Shown: positions 10,391 to 22,844 of the stretch, piece by piece
Layout: each line of letters starts with the position of its first letter
How positions within the stretch are numbered: position 1 is the stretch's first letter
NCBI GenBank assembly: GCA_013265495.1
Contig: MU058824.1
Coordinates: forward strand, 2,755,111 to 2,819,110
From: Vicugna vicugna
Lineage: Eukaryota
DNA length: 64,000 nucleotides
Reading direction: 5' to 3'
The notes under the pieces: model-generated
Seen by the model: the letters and a program-made list of their open reading frames with translations, nothing else
The model's database searches: none
What the model was told of the DNA's origin: nothing
Position numbers and translations under genes: made by a program

Positions 10391-12709
10391 GCACTGCCCC
10401 TGTATTCAAGGAACTCACAGAGACAGAGAGGGACAGAGAGGAAAATGTATTTGCTAACAAGGAATTCAGACTCACAGATAATCTGGGGTAACTGATTGTC
10501 TCCACTTTTCTGAAGATCACCTGCAAAATGAGGACTTATAAACTAGGAATTGAAGCACACACAGGAGGGAGGTTGGGAGGCACTGGGCTTACATTATCAA
10601 GTCTGATTTGCATCTCCCACTCCCCACCCCCAGGCTGGGCTGCTGTCTGCCTGTTGCCAGCAAGATGGTTAAGACAACTCAGGAATCACAGGGCTCTGGC
10701 TCCCCACAGACTAATTGCAAGCCCAGGATATCAAAATGGGCTGATTTCCCCAGGGACAAAGACTTGTTTTCATAATTCTGATGGTCTCCTTTCATCCTAC
10801 ATCTCTGACAGAGCCAGGACATTAATCAAGTCTTTTCCTGTGCAAACCCACATTCCCACCTTTGGTTCTGGGGCAGAGGGGATTGGGATGGGGGACAAGG
10901 GTAGGATCCTGAGAGCATGCCTCTGGGTGACTTAATTGAGGATCTGTGAACAGGGGCTCTGTCTTCCCAGTGGATCCAGTCACCCAATCCTAATACCTGT
11001 GGAAAGCTCACAGATTGCTAGAGCTGAGGAGACCTTAGTCTCCAAATCATAGCTTCCAAACTGTGCTCCTCCAAGCCCAACTTTGCAAGAAAAGACCACC
11101 AGGATGGAAGGGGAAAGCAACTCTGCCTAGTGTCCTGAGAATGGCCTTCCACAAAGGAGCCCACCTGAAAAGGCATCTGCCACTGATGAAGCCATTCCTC
11201 TTAGGCTGCAGAGCCCAGTGGGGCAGGCAGGGTGGAGGGCAGGGGAGGGACCAGCAAGCTGGTGCAGAGCCTGCCCTGGACTAGAGCTCCTGGCTCTTGG
11301 TTTAACTTTCCCTCCTTTACTATCCTCCCCTTTCCCCAACCAAATCTGAAATTCAGAGTATGAGGCCTGAAAGGGACCCTAGAGGTAATTCAGTGCAAAT
11401 CTCCTCCTGCCATCACATGCCTGGACCCTCTCACAGTAAACACTCGTCCTCCCTTACCTTGGACCCACCCCTCCACAGCCAGCTCACAGCCTCCTCTCTT
11501 ATGCAAGAACCTCTCGTCTTTGCACAGACTTCTCTGTTACAAAAGTCTTCCTCCTTTTGTTCCCCAGACTGCCTGCAACTCAGCTTTCTCACTCTGACCC
11601 TGGGGCCCCACAGAGCACAACTATTCCCCTCTTCTGGACGGCAACAATAGTTTACAACAATCATAATAGCACCTTACTCTTTAGAAAAGATTTCTATTAG
11701 TCCTTCTCATCCAACTGCTACCTTATGGACCCTTGGTAACAGCCCCAATTCTTCACTGCTGTGCTAGTCACACAGTATTTCTACCTTCTTTATGCCTCTT
11801 GTCTCTCATGAGAACACTGTCCAATATGACAGTAAGCATCCTATCAGTCCATTTAACAGCATCAGCCAACAGAAGGGCTGGGATTTGCTCAAGATCCCAT
11901 AGCACAGCTGGACCCCAGAGTTTCCCATTTTCCTTAGAAGAGCACTTGGGTGCTGAGTCTCTGTGGCTGTGGGGCCCTCATTCTCTCCTCCAGCAGGCAT
12001 CCCTGGTGCTTCCCTCAGGGCCCATCCAAACTTGCAGGCCCCCTATTGGGGTGACATTGAAATGTGTGTCTGGCTCCTGTGGCTGTGATATTTAAATCAT
12101 CTGAGCCCCATGTGGGAAGGTGAGGAGGTGGCTGCACAGCTCTGAGCACCCAGGATCCTGAGTCTGTGAGTATCCTTTTCCCCTGCTCTTTAGTCTGGCT
12201 GCCTACAGTCATGTGGGCCCCAGTGGTTAAATTCCACATGCAGAGCTGGGGCTCTGATGTCTGACCTTCAAATATAGGGCAGCTCTGGCCGGCGGGAGAC
12301 AGCTGGGAGCTGCTTACTCATAATGCCAGCTGACTCATTTTTCCTTCTGCTTGGCCAATCGGTGGGTGAATTAATTGATGCAGCCAGAACGAGCAGTTAC
12401 AGGCTTTACTTTGCCGGCATTAGCATCCTCCTGTTTTGAACTCCCTTAGACGGATGCAGAGGGTGGGGGAGCCCTGGGTTGGGACTTAGGTGAACTGGGT
12501 TTGACACCTGATCTAACTACAGCAGCTTGGATGTATTGCTCTGGACAGGTCCCTTCTCTGACCTGGGCTTCAGTTGGCTGGTCTTTACAATGAGGGAATT
12601 GGATGCAGGGAGTATAACGGGGCACTTTTGACGATGTCATTCTTCATAGCCTCATGCATGAATGAACTGGACAAATGGCAAGGATTATAAGCTGATAGCC
12701 TGAGAGTTG

Positions 12710-12895
12710 CATCAGTCTCATAAATGTGTTTTATTTAACAAGCATACTGCTATATATGGGTGTATTTTTATTTTGAATGTGTTTCGAGGGGAAGTTCATG
12801 TTTCAGTTTGGCCCAGTCCTCATCATCCCCTACTTTTCTACACCCTTGAGGGATCAGTCTGGCCTCTGAAGACATCTGAGTTCGCAACTCCTGTG
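12710..12895. mobile_element. MER102-like hAT-Charlie MITE
   Basis: Ends ctggcctctgaagacatctgagttcgcaactcctg, similar to a MER102 terminus. Confidence 0.55.
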
Positions 12896-13596
12896 CTGGT
12901 TGAATCATTTTCTAAAGATAGTATAATAAGAGTGAGGACAGTAATAGCCACATTTGTTTTATGCTTCCAGTTTAACCAAGCCATTTTCCATCTACTGAAG
13001 TGTTTGGCTTGATGCTGGAGTCTCCATGCAATTTCATAAAGTCTCAGTTTTCTTATTTTTCCATCAGCAGAGAATTGTGGTGAGGATTGGCTTGGCCATG
13101 TATGGTAGAGATTAAATTTATTATTCTGAAAGCTGCTTGCCAGAATCATTGCATTTCAGAGATGAAAGTTAACTTTGCCTTAGTGGATGATTGCTTTGTT
13201 TGGGAAAACACACTACTGGACCTTTGTTATCTAAAGACAAGGCCCAAGACTTGGTTTTGGGGAGTGGGGGACAGTGGTAGAGGTTGTGGTGGATGAACGG
13301 AAACAAAACTGCTCCACATAATACGGTAAAATTAGGTCATACTTGGGTAGAGAATTTATGAAGTTAACTGATTCCAGATTTCTTGAGATCTCAAGAGCAA
13401 GATTTGGGGGGACCTTAAGACATGGGAGAGAAGACATAAGAAAAGGCTTTTGTCCCCAAGCAGGGTGAATCTGAGCAACATGAACCAAAGGAGACACAAT
13501 CAATTAGTGACTCTCCAAAAAGTTTCAACTTCTTTGATAGTAATACTAATTTTTTAAAATTAACACTGTGAAATTGACAAATGTTAACACACTAGA

Positions 13597-13855
13597 ACGG
13601 AAGTCACCAAATTACAGCCTGTGGGTCAGATCCAACCCACTGCTCATTTTTGTACTGCCTGCAAGCTAAACATGGTTTTTATATTTTTAGATAGTTGGGG
13701 AAATCAAAAGCGTATTTTGTGACAAGTGAAAACGATATAAAATTCAAATTTCAGCATCTATAAATAAGATTTTGTTGGTTTGTTGGCCACTCATTTATGT
13801 ATTGCCTACAGCTGCCTGTGCACTGCAATAGCCGAGGTGAGTAGTTATGACAGGC
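13597..13855 (+). mobile_element. MER58B-like hAT-Charlie element (3'-truncated)
   Basis: caaattacagcctgtgggtcagatccaacccactgctcatttttgtactgcc...aaaattcaaatttcagcatctataaataag...gcactgcaatagccgaggtgagtagttatgacag. Confidence 0.8.
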
Positions 13856-13857
13856 TA

Positions 13858-15010
13858 TGCGTGACGCTCCCCAGTTTACAATCTCCTGAATAAATGGGCA
13901 CAGAGCCCTTGGAGGAGGGATGAAGGAATCATCACCTTATAAACTCATTGTGGTGTTTGAGGATCTTTCCTACTAAAGACTAGCCCCCCCCGTCAGAGAG
14001 GAAACAGAGAAAAAGAATAGGGAATTCAATTAGGTAATGAACAAAGAGATTCATTGGATAAAACTAGATGCAACTTGATTGGTGGATTGGAGTGGATTGG
14101 GGGTTGGTTTCAGACTCAAATCAGATAAATAATTTAGGTAATAATGTAATTTGCACCTAGGGGGTCTGGGCTATGAGCCCAACTCCACTGGAACAGTATG
14201 GACTCGGAATCTCCTGATGTCACATGAAAAAGGACATGTGAGATATCACCCAGGATGATTATGGTTCTAAGTCTCTAGTGCCAGCCACACCTCTGGGCAA
14301 CCAGCAATGGTTGCCCTCTGAGGTGGTAACTAGGGCATGGCCACAGATAAGTGACCAAGAACCTCAGCTCACCTGAGATGAGGGTGACATTCCTGGAGTG
14401 GTGACCTCAATTCTCTTGGGATGAGAAAGCTGTTCCCTTGGTGAAGAGAGGTCTTTTTTAACCCCTGCAAGGTATAAATCATATACAAAAATAACAAAGT
14501 CAACAAAACCCATAATATGAATACATTTGTGTTAAGTTTAGGAATGATCTGTGAGTACTTGGTATTTGTAGGGTTTGTGATGTGTAAGAGAATTCGGCGT
14601 ATCTGAGATTTCATTGTAAATCTGTAATTGAGCAATTGATTTTAGACTTGTGATTTTAAATTAAAGGTTGTAAGGGAATTTGATTAGTTTTGTAAACAGT
14701 ATTGGAATGTTTATGAGAACTTGAGAATCACCATGTTTAGGATTTTGATTTATTAAATTTACAAGAGTAGTTTAAGTGCTTGGAAAGCTCTTGCTTGTTA
14801 GGTCAGGCACGTGAAGTGCTGTGGATGAAAACAGAATGCATCAAATTTATAAATGTGCTTCAAAATGCTTAAAGGAACCTAATGAAATAAATTGTAAATG
14901 AGACCGTTTAAGGGAATTTGGATTTATAATTAGGATAACAAAATTTCGATTTTAATGTAAAGGCTTAGGGAAAAATAGGTGTTTTAAATTTGTTCCTTTT
15001 TTCTGCATCA
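13858..15010 (-). other. Unassigned ~1.15-kb segment, possibly an ancient long solo LTR
   Basis: Minus strand begins TGATGCAGAAAAAAGG (15010) and ends ...GTCACGCA; an AT-rich, strand-skewed half is followed by a GC-richer half with a degenerate polyA-like CCAATGAA; MER58B stops at its edge; no TSD seen. Confidence 0.3.
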
Positions 15011-16154
15011 AAAAAAAATTATCCTCAGTCATCAAGAACTCCCTCTGATACTCATTATGTCTAAAAAGGAACCATCATTGTTCTCCATTCCAAACGTTAG
15101 TTCCGGAAGGTGAACAGCACTGCCATGCACTCAGGTCTCCTGGGGGTACACAGCTCCCTCACTTCCCACCTCTCTACATCTGTTACTTATACCTCCTTCA
15201 CATCGTGGGACCTGCCCTCCTGGCTCTCCCTGTCCCCCAAGGCTAGCCTCCCCGCTTACCCAGGTTACTTATCCATCTCACGGGGTCTCCCTGCCTCTGA
15301 TCTTCTCTCCTCTTTCTTTTCTCCCTTCATGACAATCACAAAGACACTAAGAGGAGAGGGGATCCCCAGCCTGCCTGGCCCTGGCTGCCTTTGTACATCT
15401 GCTGCCCCGCTGGCAGCCCCTGAAGTCTGTGGAGAGATGTTCTCGGAGCACCTCTCCCCTGGGTAACAGATGGTCCTTTCATATCAGAGTTGCAGCTTCC
15501 TGCCTGGAACAGCAGTGTCATCTCCACAAGCCCAGTTATTGGAGACTTATTGTTGCCAGGATGTGCATGTTAGGAAAGGTGCAGCCTCCTCTCTCTGCCC
15601 ATCTGCTTCTCCGGCTGCACCTCTGCTTTGGTGTGGAGGTCCTGGGGAGGTTGAGGGTGACAGCAGCTGCCTTCTCCAGGCCTTCCCTTGGCTGATCACT
15701 TTCTTCCAAGGATGTTGTCACCCAACCCAACTCTGAACTCTATCTCTGCCATTTCTGTCTTCCTTAAGACAGAGATGGGCATTCATCTGGGACAAGAAAG
15801 CAAGGAAAGGACTTGACCTTTTATAGCAAAAGCATAGGAATAAGAACCCAGGTCCAGCTCCATCATGGGTTTTCTGTGTGAGCCTGAGTAAATCATCACC
15901 CTCTCTGGGCCTGGTTTCTTCTTGCCTCTTATAAAGTGTTGGAGATTCTTTCACCCAGCAAAGCCACTTCTAGGTGTTTAAGGAAGATACTCTTACAGGA
16001 ACACAGAGACATAATTAAGGATCGCAGCCTTGCTAGCAACAGTGAACAATGTCAGTCTAAGTGTCAGTGCATAAGGGAATGCATGAGTAAATTATAGTGC
16101 ATACACAGATTGTGTCAGTCACGCTCCAGTCAGGAAATAAAATTTGCACCAGTT

Positions 16155-16935
16155 ATTTTCCTCTGCAATATTTTGTTACGAAAAATTTCAAGCACACAGG
16201 AAAGTTGGAAAATTTGTAAAGTGAATACTCATATACCCACCAAAATTAACATTTGGCCTTATTTGCTTTATCATATATCTATCTGTCTTATTTTTTGGAT
16301 GCATTTCAAAATAAGGTGCAGACAGCAATATGCTTTACCCAGAAACACTCCAACATGTGTATCATTAACTAGAGTTCCATATTTGTTTACAATTTTTAAG
16401 GTAAATTTTCATATAATCAAACACAAATTTTAAGTCTACTATTTAATGGCTTTTTGCCAAATTCACCCACCTGTGTAATCCAAAACCCTTCATCAACATA
16501 AAGAAATTACTTTCACACCAGAAACTTCCCTCATTAACTTTCCTCGCCTCCACTTCTACCGGTAAACACTGTTCCATATATTTCCCACCAGAACTTAGTT
16601 TACATAAACTGTTCTAGAATATCATATAAACTGAGTCATACTGTGTAAGGCCTCTTTAAGTCAGCCCAGTGTTTTCAAGATCCACCCATGTTATTGCATA
16701 TATCAGTGGTTTGTTTCTTCTTTTCGCTTAGTCATATTCTGTCACATGGATATACCACTGTTTGCTTGTCCATTCTCCTGTTGATGGTTATTTGGGATGT
16801 TTCCAGTTTTTGTCTACTTGTGAATAAATCTGCTATGAATCATTTTTAAACAATTCTTTTTGAGATCATATGTTTTCATTTGACTTGGGTAGATCCCTAA
16901 GACTGGATTTGCTGGTCTATAGGGTAGATTAATGC
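16155..16935 (-). mobile_element. Old L1M (L1MC/MB/ME-like) 3' fragments
   Basis: gtccattctcctgttgatggttatttgggatgtttccagtttttg...gaataaatctgctatgaa...ggattgctgg-like antisense L1 3' motifs. Confidence 0.8.
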
Positions 16936-17774
16936 TTATATTTCTAAGAAAGATCCAGCACTGCCCACACCCAGACTTCTACCAGGATGTGGCCTATGTC
17001 CCTTCCCATCCTCTGCTCCAGGGCAGATGCCAGCCCGCAGGTGCCATTGCCCTTCCTTCAGGGTGAATTCTCTCTCACGGCCCTTCTCCCCATTCAGTCT
17101 TGTCATCTGGCCTTGGTCAGGACCTCTCCAGGCCAGCACAGGTACACTTTGGTCACTGTAGCATTCATGGGGAAGGGCCAGGAGTCTTCAGCCCTTTCAT
17201 TCTAGGAGGCCCTGCTTCCTTGTAAATGTTCCCCTCTCTCCCACAGGAACCTCCAGGCTCCCAATATCAACTGAGGGGATTGAAACCGGGCAATAACATT
17301 GGCATCTAAGGCAGTTCCAGGCCCTGAGTTAGTCAAAATGTTCTGTGAGTAGATCTGCCTGCTCATGGGCCCTTGTCTGCATTCTTCTCTGGCCCATTCA
17401 GAGTGGCTGGGGCAGGGGCTGTGAGGCAGGGAGCAGACAGCTGGACTCCCTGGGGCCTGATTCAAGGCTGCAGGCCTGGACCCAATCCCCTGGCCCATCC
17501 AGGCTTGACACCTCCCATCTCCCCATGATGTCTGCTAGAGGCCACCAAGGAGTCACTGGTGTTCTCAGCCTTCCCCCAAGCATCTCGAAGCAAAGGTTAA
17601 GGGTGCAGACACCAAACATAGAGGCCTAGGTTCCAGCCCTGACTGTCCCTCTGCAGAGGAGAAAACTGAACAGGAATTCAATCTGCCACATCTCCCGGCA
17701 GGGAGCCTGGATTTCTGGCCTGTTCTTGTCCAGCTGTGTAACATATTAGTTCACGGCGTACTCTCACCTATGGA

Positions 17775-17932
17775 GTGACAGGGACAGAGCCTAGTGGCTA
17801 AAACCCAGATTCAGGAGCCACACTGCCTAGGTTCTGATGCTGACTCTGCACCTAACAGGGCAAGATATCTGACCTCCTTGTGCCTTGGTTTCTTCATCTT
17901 TAAGTGAGTATTCTGAGAGGACTTAAATGGTG

Positions 17933-17974
<42 letters not shown>

Positions 17975-18056
17975 CACTGAGAGAACGAAATGGGTGAACA
18001 CAGGTGAAAACAGAATGATACCCAGAGCATGACAGATATTTCATGAACATTAGCTA
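17775..18056 (+). mobile_element. MIR SINE with internal (TTA)n expansion (about 17934-17968)
   Basis: gagcctagtggctaaaacccagattcaggagccacactgcctaggttc...ctccttgtgccttggtttcttcatct...aacattagctat. Confidence 0.8.
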
Positions 18057-18748
18057 TCATGATGAGGTCTCAGGGCCTGTGTCTCTGTGTCCAGTTCCTC
18101 TTTGTAAGTCCCTTCTCCCTGCTCCCCACAGCAGGTCCAAGGCTGCAAAGTGCTCAGGACTGTTTGCTGAATGAGTGAATGCATGAATGCATTTAGAAGC
18201 CTTGTCCTCCATGGACACAGGACTTGTGAAGAGGGGAGTCTGGTGACACATTGGAGCTACCTCTGCCTGCAGTCAAGTCAATATGCACTGCTCAGACTCC
18301 TTCCTGCTTGCCCTGACCCCTGGCAGGGTGAGCTGTAACCAGGCCTCTGCTGGAGCTGAGTTTTCCCACAACTCATGGTGCCTCTCCTGCTGCCAGCCCA
18401 GAACTCCCTGACTTTGTTAAGACTCTGTTTCTGAAGTCAGCCCTTCTCAGCCAGGACACTCTTCAGCTAATGACGTCCGTGGAGAGAGTGGAGGCTACAA
18501 TGCACAACCTTGCCCCCGGAGTCAGCCCCGGGGAGAGCAGTTTGCCAGGGGCACTGAGGCCTGGAGTGGAGCGAGGTTGACAAGCACATCCCAAGTCCTG
18601 AGAGTCAGGGCTGAAGGAGTCCTTGCAGATGTCTGCCAAGCCACCTCCTCCTTGTATGGGCAGAGGGGAGACAGGCCCAGAAGCTGCTGACTCTGAGAGG
18701 CAGATCCAGGCTTGGAATCTAGGGCTCTTGACTATCCCACCCCTGCTG

Positions 18749-18749
<1 letters not shown>

Positions 18750-18790
<41 letters not shown>
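18750..18790. repeat. (CA)~20 microsatellite
   Basis: Uninterrupted CA run. Confidence 0.97.
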
Positions 18791-18793
<3 letters not shown>

Positions 18794-18794
18794 T

Positions 18795-18975
18795 AAGTCT
18801 TATACTTAACGGGGGCATCAGAATCCCCTGGAAGGGTCATTCAATCAACAATTGATTGCTACACCCCAAGGTCTGATTCAGTAAGTCTGGATTGAGTCCT
18901 GAGGGTATGCATTTTAACAAGCTCCCAGTGATGCTGTTGCTGCTGGTTGGGGACCACACTTTGAAAACTGTTGTT
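18795..18975 (-). mobile_element. MER5A hAT MITE
   Basis: gcatcagaatcccctggaaggg...tctgattcagtaagtctgg...gcattttaacaagctcccagtgatgctgttgctgctggttggggaccacactttgaaaac. Confidence 0.85.
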
Positions 18976-19149
18976 TTAGGAAACTGCCTTATATTCCTAG
19001 GAAGTGGGAAGAGAGCCCAAGAACACGGTGCTGAGGAAGCAGGGATAGCAACTGCCATCTGGAAGGCAGGGAAAAGGACCCAGTAGAAAAAGCTCGAAGG
19101 TTCTAAGACGTGCCTGCTTCAGGGGAAGGTGGTACACGGTGGGCGGGGA

Positions 19150-19321
19150 CAGGTCCTGGGCAGTTCAGGCTAGAGCAAGGCAAGGTGCCTAGGAAGGAAA
19201 ACTTAAGGAGATGCCCCTCTAGGCTCCTGCAAGTGCAGGGTGGGCACCTGCAGGAACCTGAGAGGAGTGACCCTTTAAATGTGCCCTAGGGCTGGGCTTG
19301 CTTCCCTCAGTCCCAGCTCTG
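19150..19321. mobile_element. MER91A-like hAT-Tip100 MITE
   Basis: ggcaaggtgcctaggaaggaaaacttaaggag...gcaagtgcagggtgggcacctg...ccctttaaatgtgccctagg...agtcccagctctg. Confidence 0.7.
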
Positions 19322-19624
19322 CCCCAGGGGCCTGACAATACACACCCTCCTCCCCTTCTGGCAGGTCAGCAGTGCAGCCAGTGTTTTCATGAGGGGCTCA
19401 GTGTCCATGGGAAATTCCTCTTGGTTTGAAGCATAGCTTTTAAAAGCCTAGGCCAGGAAGAAGCAGCATATGTGTATGTGTGTATATCTGTGTGTGTGTG
19501 TGTGTCTGTGTATGTGTGAGCCTGTGTCTGTCCATATGTCTATACATGTCTGAAAGAGAGACAAGACCAGAAAATGTGTCAGAGAAAGAGTTCCACAGGG
19601 ACATACAGCGTTGGGTAGACTTAT

Positions 19625-19848
19625 TATTAAAGTGAAGCCCAGGCCACTCTCTAGAATCTGCATTTTCACAAGATCCCCAAGTGACAGAGGCATAGGAGCA
19701 CTGGGATCACCTGGAGAGTTTTTTTTAATACTGATGCGCGGGTCCCACCCCAGAGACTCAGAATTCTCCCAGGTTTGCATGGGCATTGGGTTTTTAAAAC
19801 CTGCCAACATGGTTCTAATTTGGGCTGCAAAGTTCAAGAACCATTAGT
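19625..19848 (+). mobile_element. MER5A/MER5B-like MITE
   Basis: agaatctgcattttcacaagatccccaagtga...atcacctggagag...gggtcccaccccagagactc...caaagttcaagaacca. Confidence 0.75.
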
Positions 19849-19874
19849 GTAGACAGCTTCAGAGGTCTTCAGAA

Positions 19875-20030
19875 TCAGTGTTGGAGGCAACATGACACAA
19901 TAAAATGCACATGACATTTTAGAATCTAGGGCACAATTTCTAATCCTGACTCTGCCCCTAACTAGCTATGTGGCCTTGGTTGGGTCACCGTCTCTTTCAA
20001 TTTCCTAAAAGTAAAATGCGAATTTTAACA
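19875..20030 (+). mobile_element. MIR SINE
   Basis: ttctaatcctgactctgcccctaactagctatgtggccttgg...tcaatttcctaaaagtaaaatg. Confidence 0.7.
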
Positions 20031-21809
20031 ACCTCTTTGGACCAAAATATTTGTGATTTTTAGAGTCCTAAGGGGTCTTGGTTAACATTTAGGTCATATA
20101 TTCTCCATTTTACCCTTGAGAAAGCTTTAGACCTTTCTAGATCTCAGTTTCTCCACTTATAAAATTGGAGATTGGACCACTAAGGGCCTTTCTCCGATGC
20201 ACTGCTCATGCTCCTGCCTTGAACAACGCCGCCTCCCTTCAGTGCGTCCACCTCTCTACCCAGGCATGACTCAGGGTTGTCCTTCCTCTCTGCACCCCCA
20301 ACTCCCACCTCCTTAAACTTTAGGTTTCAGCTCAGAGTTTACTTTCTACAAGGAGCCTTCCTTGACCACCCCCTCCCAAGCCCAGGTTAGGGGTCCTATG
20401 GTCATGTGAACTTCCCTGCCCCTCCTGCCCTTTATCACCGGACATTATAATTGTCTAAATGCTTGTCTGACACCCAGCTAGATTGTGATAGCCCAGCAGG
20501 CACTCTCCTCTCCAGCTCCACCTCGGACCCCCTGAAACTTGAATAAGAAATAGTGGGAGGTTTGATCAACAGATTTTGCAGCTAACTCTTGCTCCAAACT
20601 TGTGGCCTTTACTAGTTTGATTCAACTCAATGCTCAGAAGGTAACTGAAGCATGAGGTGACATTAGCCTCAATTATCTAGCTGCTGGATGAACACGGTTT
20701 TCTGGATGGCTAAAGATCAACTGAGTTACAGACCCAGCTAGTTCTCGACCACAGCCTGCCACAGGCACACCACAATTTACAAAGTACTCTCCCATCTGCT
20801 GTCTCCTCACTGGGAGCATGGCAGGGCAGGGATTATGGCCATCACACTAGAATGTGAACTGCTTGAGAGCAAGCATATTGTCTGTTTTGTTTACTGAGGT
20901 TTCCTCGGTACGTGGTAGGTGCTTGATTAATCTCTGTATGATGCAAGAATCTTTTACCTGATAGATAAAGAAGAGGGAGACTCAGGAGGGCTGGGTGGGT
21001 CACCCCAGTTCACAAAGCTGAAGCTTCAGAACTGAGGGGTCCTGACCTCCTATGCAAGGCCCCTTTCCACTGCCCAGGGCATGCACTGCCTAACCTGGTG
21101 CAGACTTTATGTTCCAAAATGTGCCAGCTTTGTATGCCATTCTGCTCACACTAACCAAATCTTTTCAAGGGCTTTGGTGATGGTACCCAATATCCATGCC
21201 TTGCAAAAGCCCTGGAAACATGTTTCCCACAGCCCAGCATCTTCTCTGGGCCTTTGGCCTCTGTGTGTTGGCTGCTCTGCAGGCCTGGTTGAGTGCACCC
21301 AGTGACAATTCACTTTCCTCGTTCTCTGGGCAGAGTCCTAAGTGCCCATCCCCCTGTAGGCACCAAGCAAAACGGCCTCCCAACCCCATCCTGCTCCAGC
21401 CCTCAGCTCAGCATCTGACAGGGATACCGAGGGCTCAAAGAGAAGAGCACGGAGAGGCTGAACCAGGCCTTTCACACCTGCTTCTAAGCCAGGAGGGACA
21501 GATGGTGGCTGCAACATGGCAATGGCTGGAGCAACTCAGTTGGGGTGAGAACCATTCCCCCACCATCCCCCAGCAGCAAACAAAACCACAACACCTGCAC
21601 AGAGAAGTCAACAACAGCTCCTGACTACATTTCCTAGTTTCTTTTAACACTTGTTGTAACAGAACAGCTAACAGCCCATAAACAGAGAAAGATTTGGACT
21701 TCAGTCTTGGCTCCACCACTGACTTCCCAGTGACTTTGAGTAAGTCAGTCCATACCATCCAGAACATTCAGGAAGAACTGCCTTGAAGGAACAGAAATGC
21801 ACAACAGCA

Positions 21810-21985
21810 GTAACTATCATTCGAAATCACTTTCACACACATCATTTCATTTAGTCATCAGAGCTGGTCTGTGTGCCCATTTTACAGACGAACAAGTACA
21901 CAGATGGATTAAGGATTTGCCTTTGGTCAATCATACAGGCAGTATGAGACAGGGCAGGGATTTGAATTCCTGCTTTTAACTAAAA
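21810..21985 (-). mobile_element. MIR SINE
   Basis: cccattttacagacgaacaagt...ggattaaggatttgcctttggtca...ggcagggatttgaattcctg (antisense MIR core). Confidence 0.75.
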
Positions 21986-22009
21986 CTCTCGTTTTTCTCT
22001 CTTCATTTC

Positions 22010-22490
22010 CAGTCAATTGACTTTAATAAGCATTTTTTCTGATCACATACTGCACACAAGTCCCAGTGGACAAGCCAACAAATGAAGATGCCATTGTCTG
22101 TGCCTTCTAGAAGCCCAGAGCCCAGTGGCAGAGTCAAACACATACTTCACAAACAACCCCATGGGGAAGAAGAGGCAAGTGGCCCTTTGGGGGTGGGGTG
22201 GATAAAGGCTTCATGAAGGAGGTGGCATTTAACCTGCCCTGAAAGGATGAGTAAGGGTTTAGCAGGAGAGAGAGAACGTGAAGGAGTAGAGACATATCAC
22301 ACCAAATGCCCAGAGTGTGCAGAGGCTCCCAAGCATCCAGACTAAGATATAGAGAAGAATTTCCAGAGGCTGACCCTCAGCAGGAAGGGCCAGGTTGGCA
22401 GATTAAAGGGTTTGAGTTTTTTCCTACATGTGGCTGAGAAGCTCTGAAAGGATTTAAACACTGTCAGCCAGCTCAGATCTACTTTAAAAC
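22010..22490 (-). mobile_element. L2 LINE fragment
   Basis: aaggcttcatgaaggaggtggcatttaacctgccctgaaaggatgagtaagg...ctgaaaggatttaaac. Confidence 0.65.
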
Positions 22491-22758
22491 TGATTTTAAA
22501 AATCATTTTGTTGCTATAAATGTTCCTTGTAAAAAATGGAAACAAGCAAAGAAAAGTCAACTTTAATCATATTTCCCAGAGATAACCAATCTTTCCTAAG
22601 AATATATACACATTTTCCAAAATGTCATTGTACAGTTAATATTTCTTTTTACTTGTTTTCTGCTTAATATTTTGTGAACCGCTTCCATGCCATTCAGTAT
22701 TCTTCTTTTCTTCTTCAACCATGTTTCCAACTTTTGGAGGTGTCATGGATCTCCCCCA

Positions 22759-22759
<1 letters not shown>

Positions 22760-22801
<42 letters not shown>
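22760..22801. repeat. (CA)~21 microsatellite
   Basis: Uninterrupted CA run. Confidence 0.97.
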
Positions 22802-22804
<3 letters not shown>

Positions 22805-22844
22805 GATCTGACAGAAGCACAGAAAATACACATGAGCTGTGTCA

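Noticed and set aside
3291..10613. Octamer ATTTGCAT at 3291 and 10606
   Set aside because: A few copies of an AT-rich 8-mer are expected by chance in 64 kb, so isolated hits are not evidence.
13165..13176. 12-bp palindrome AAAGTTAACTTT
   Set aside because: Palindromes with 6-bp arms are expected many times by chance in this length.
14500..15010. Endogenous viral or mitochondrial (NUMT) coding fragment
   Set aside because: The frames I translated by hand on both strands have several stops and no motif I recognise. It is kept only as an unassigned element pending tBLASTx.
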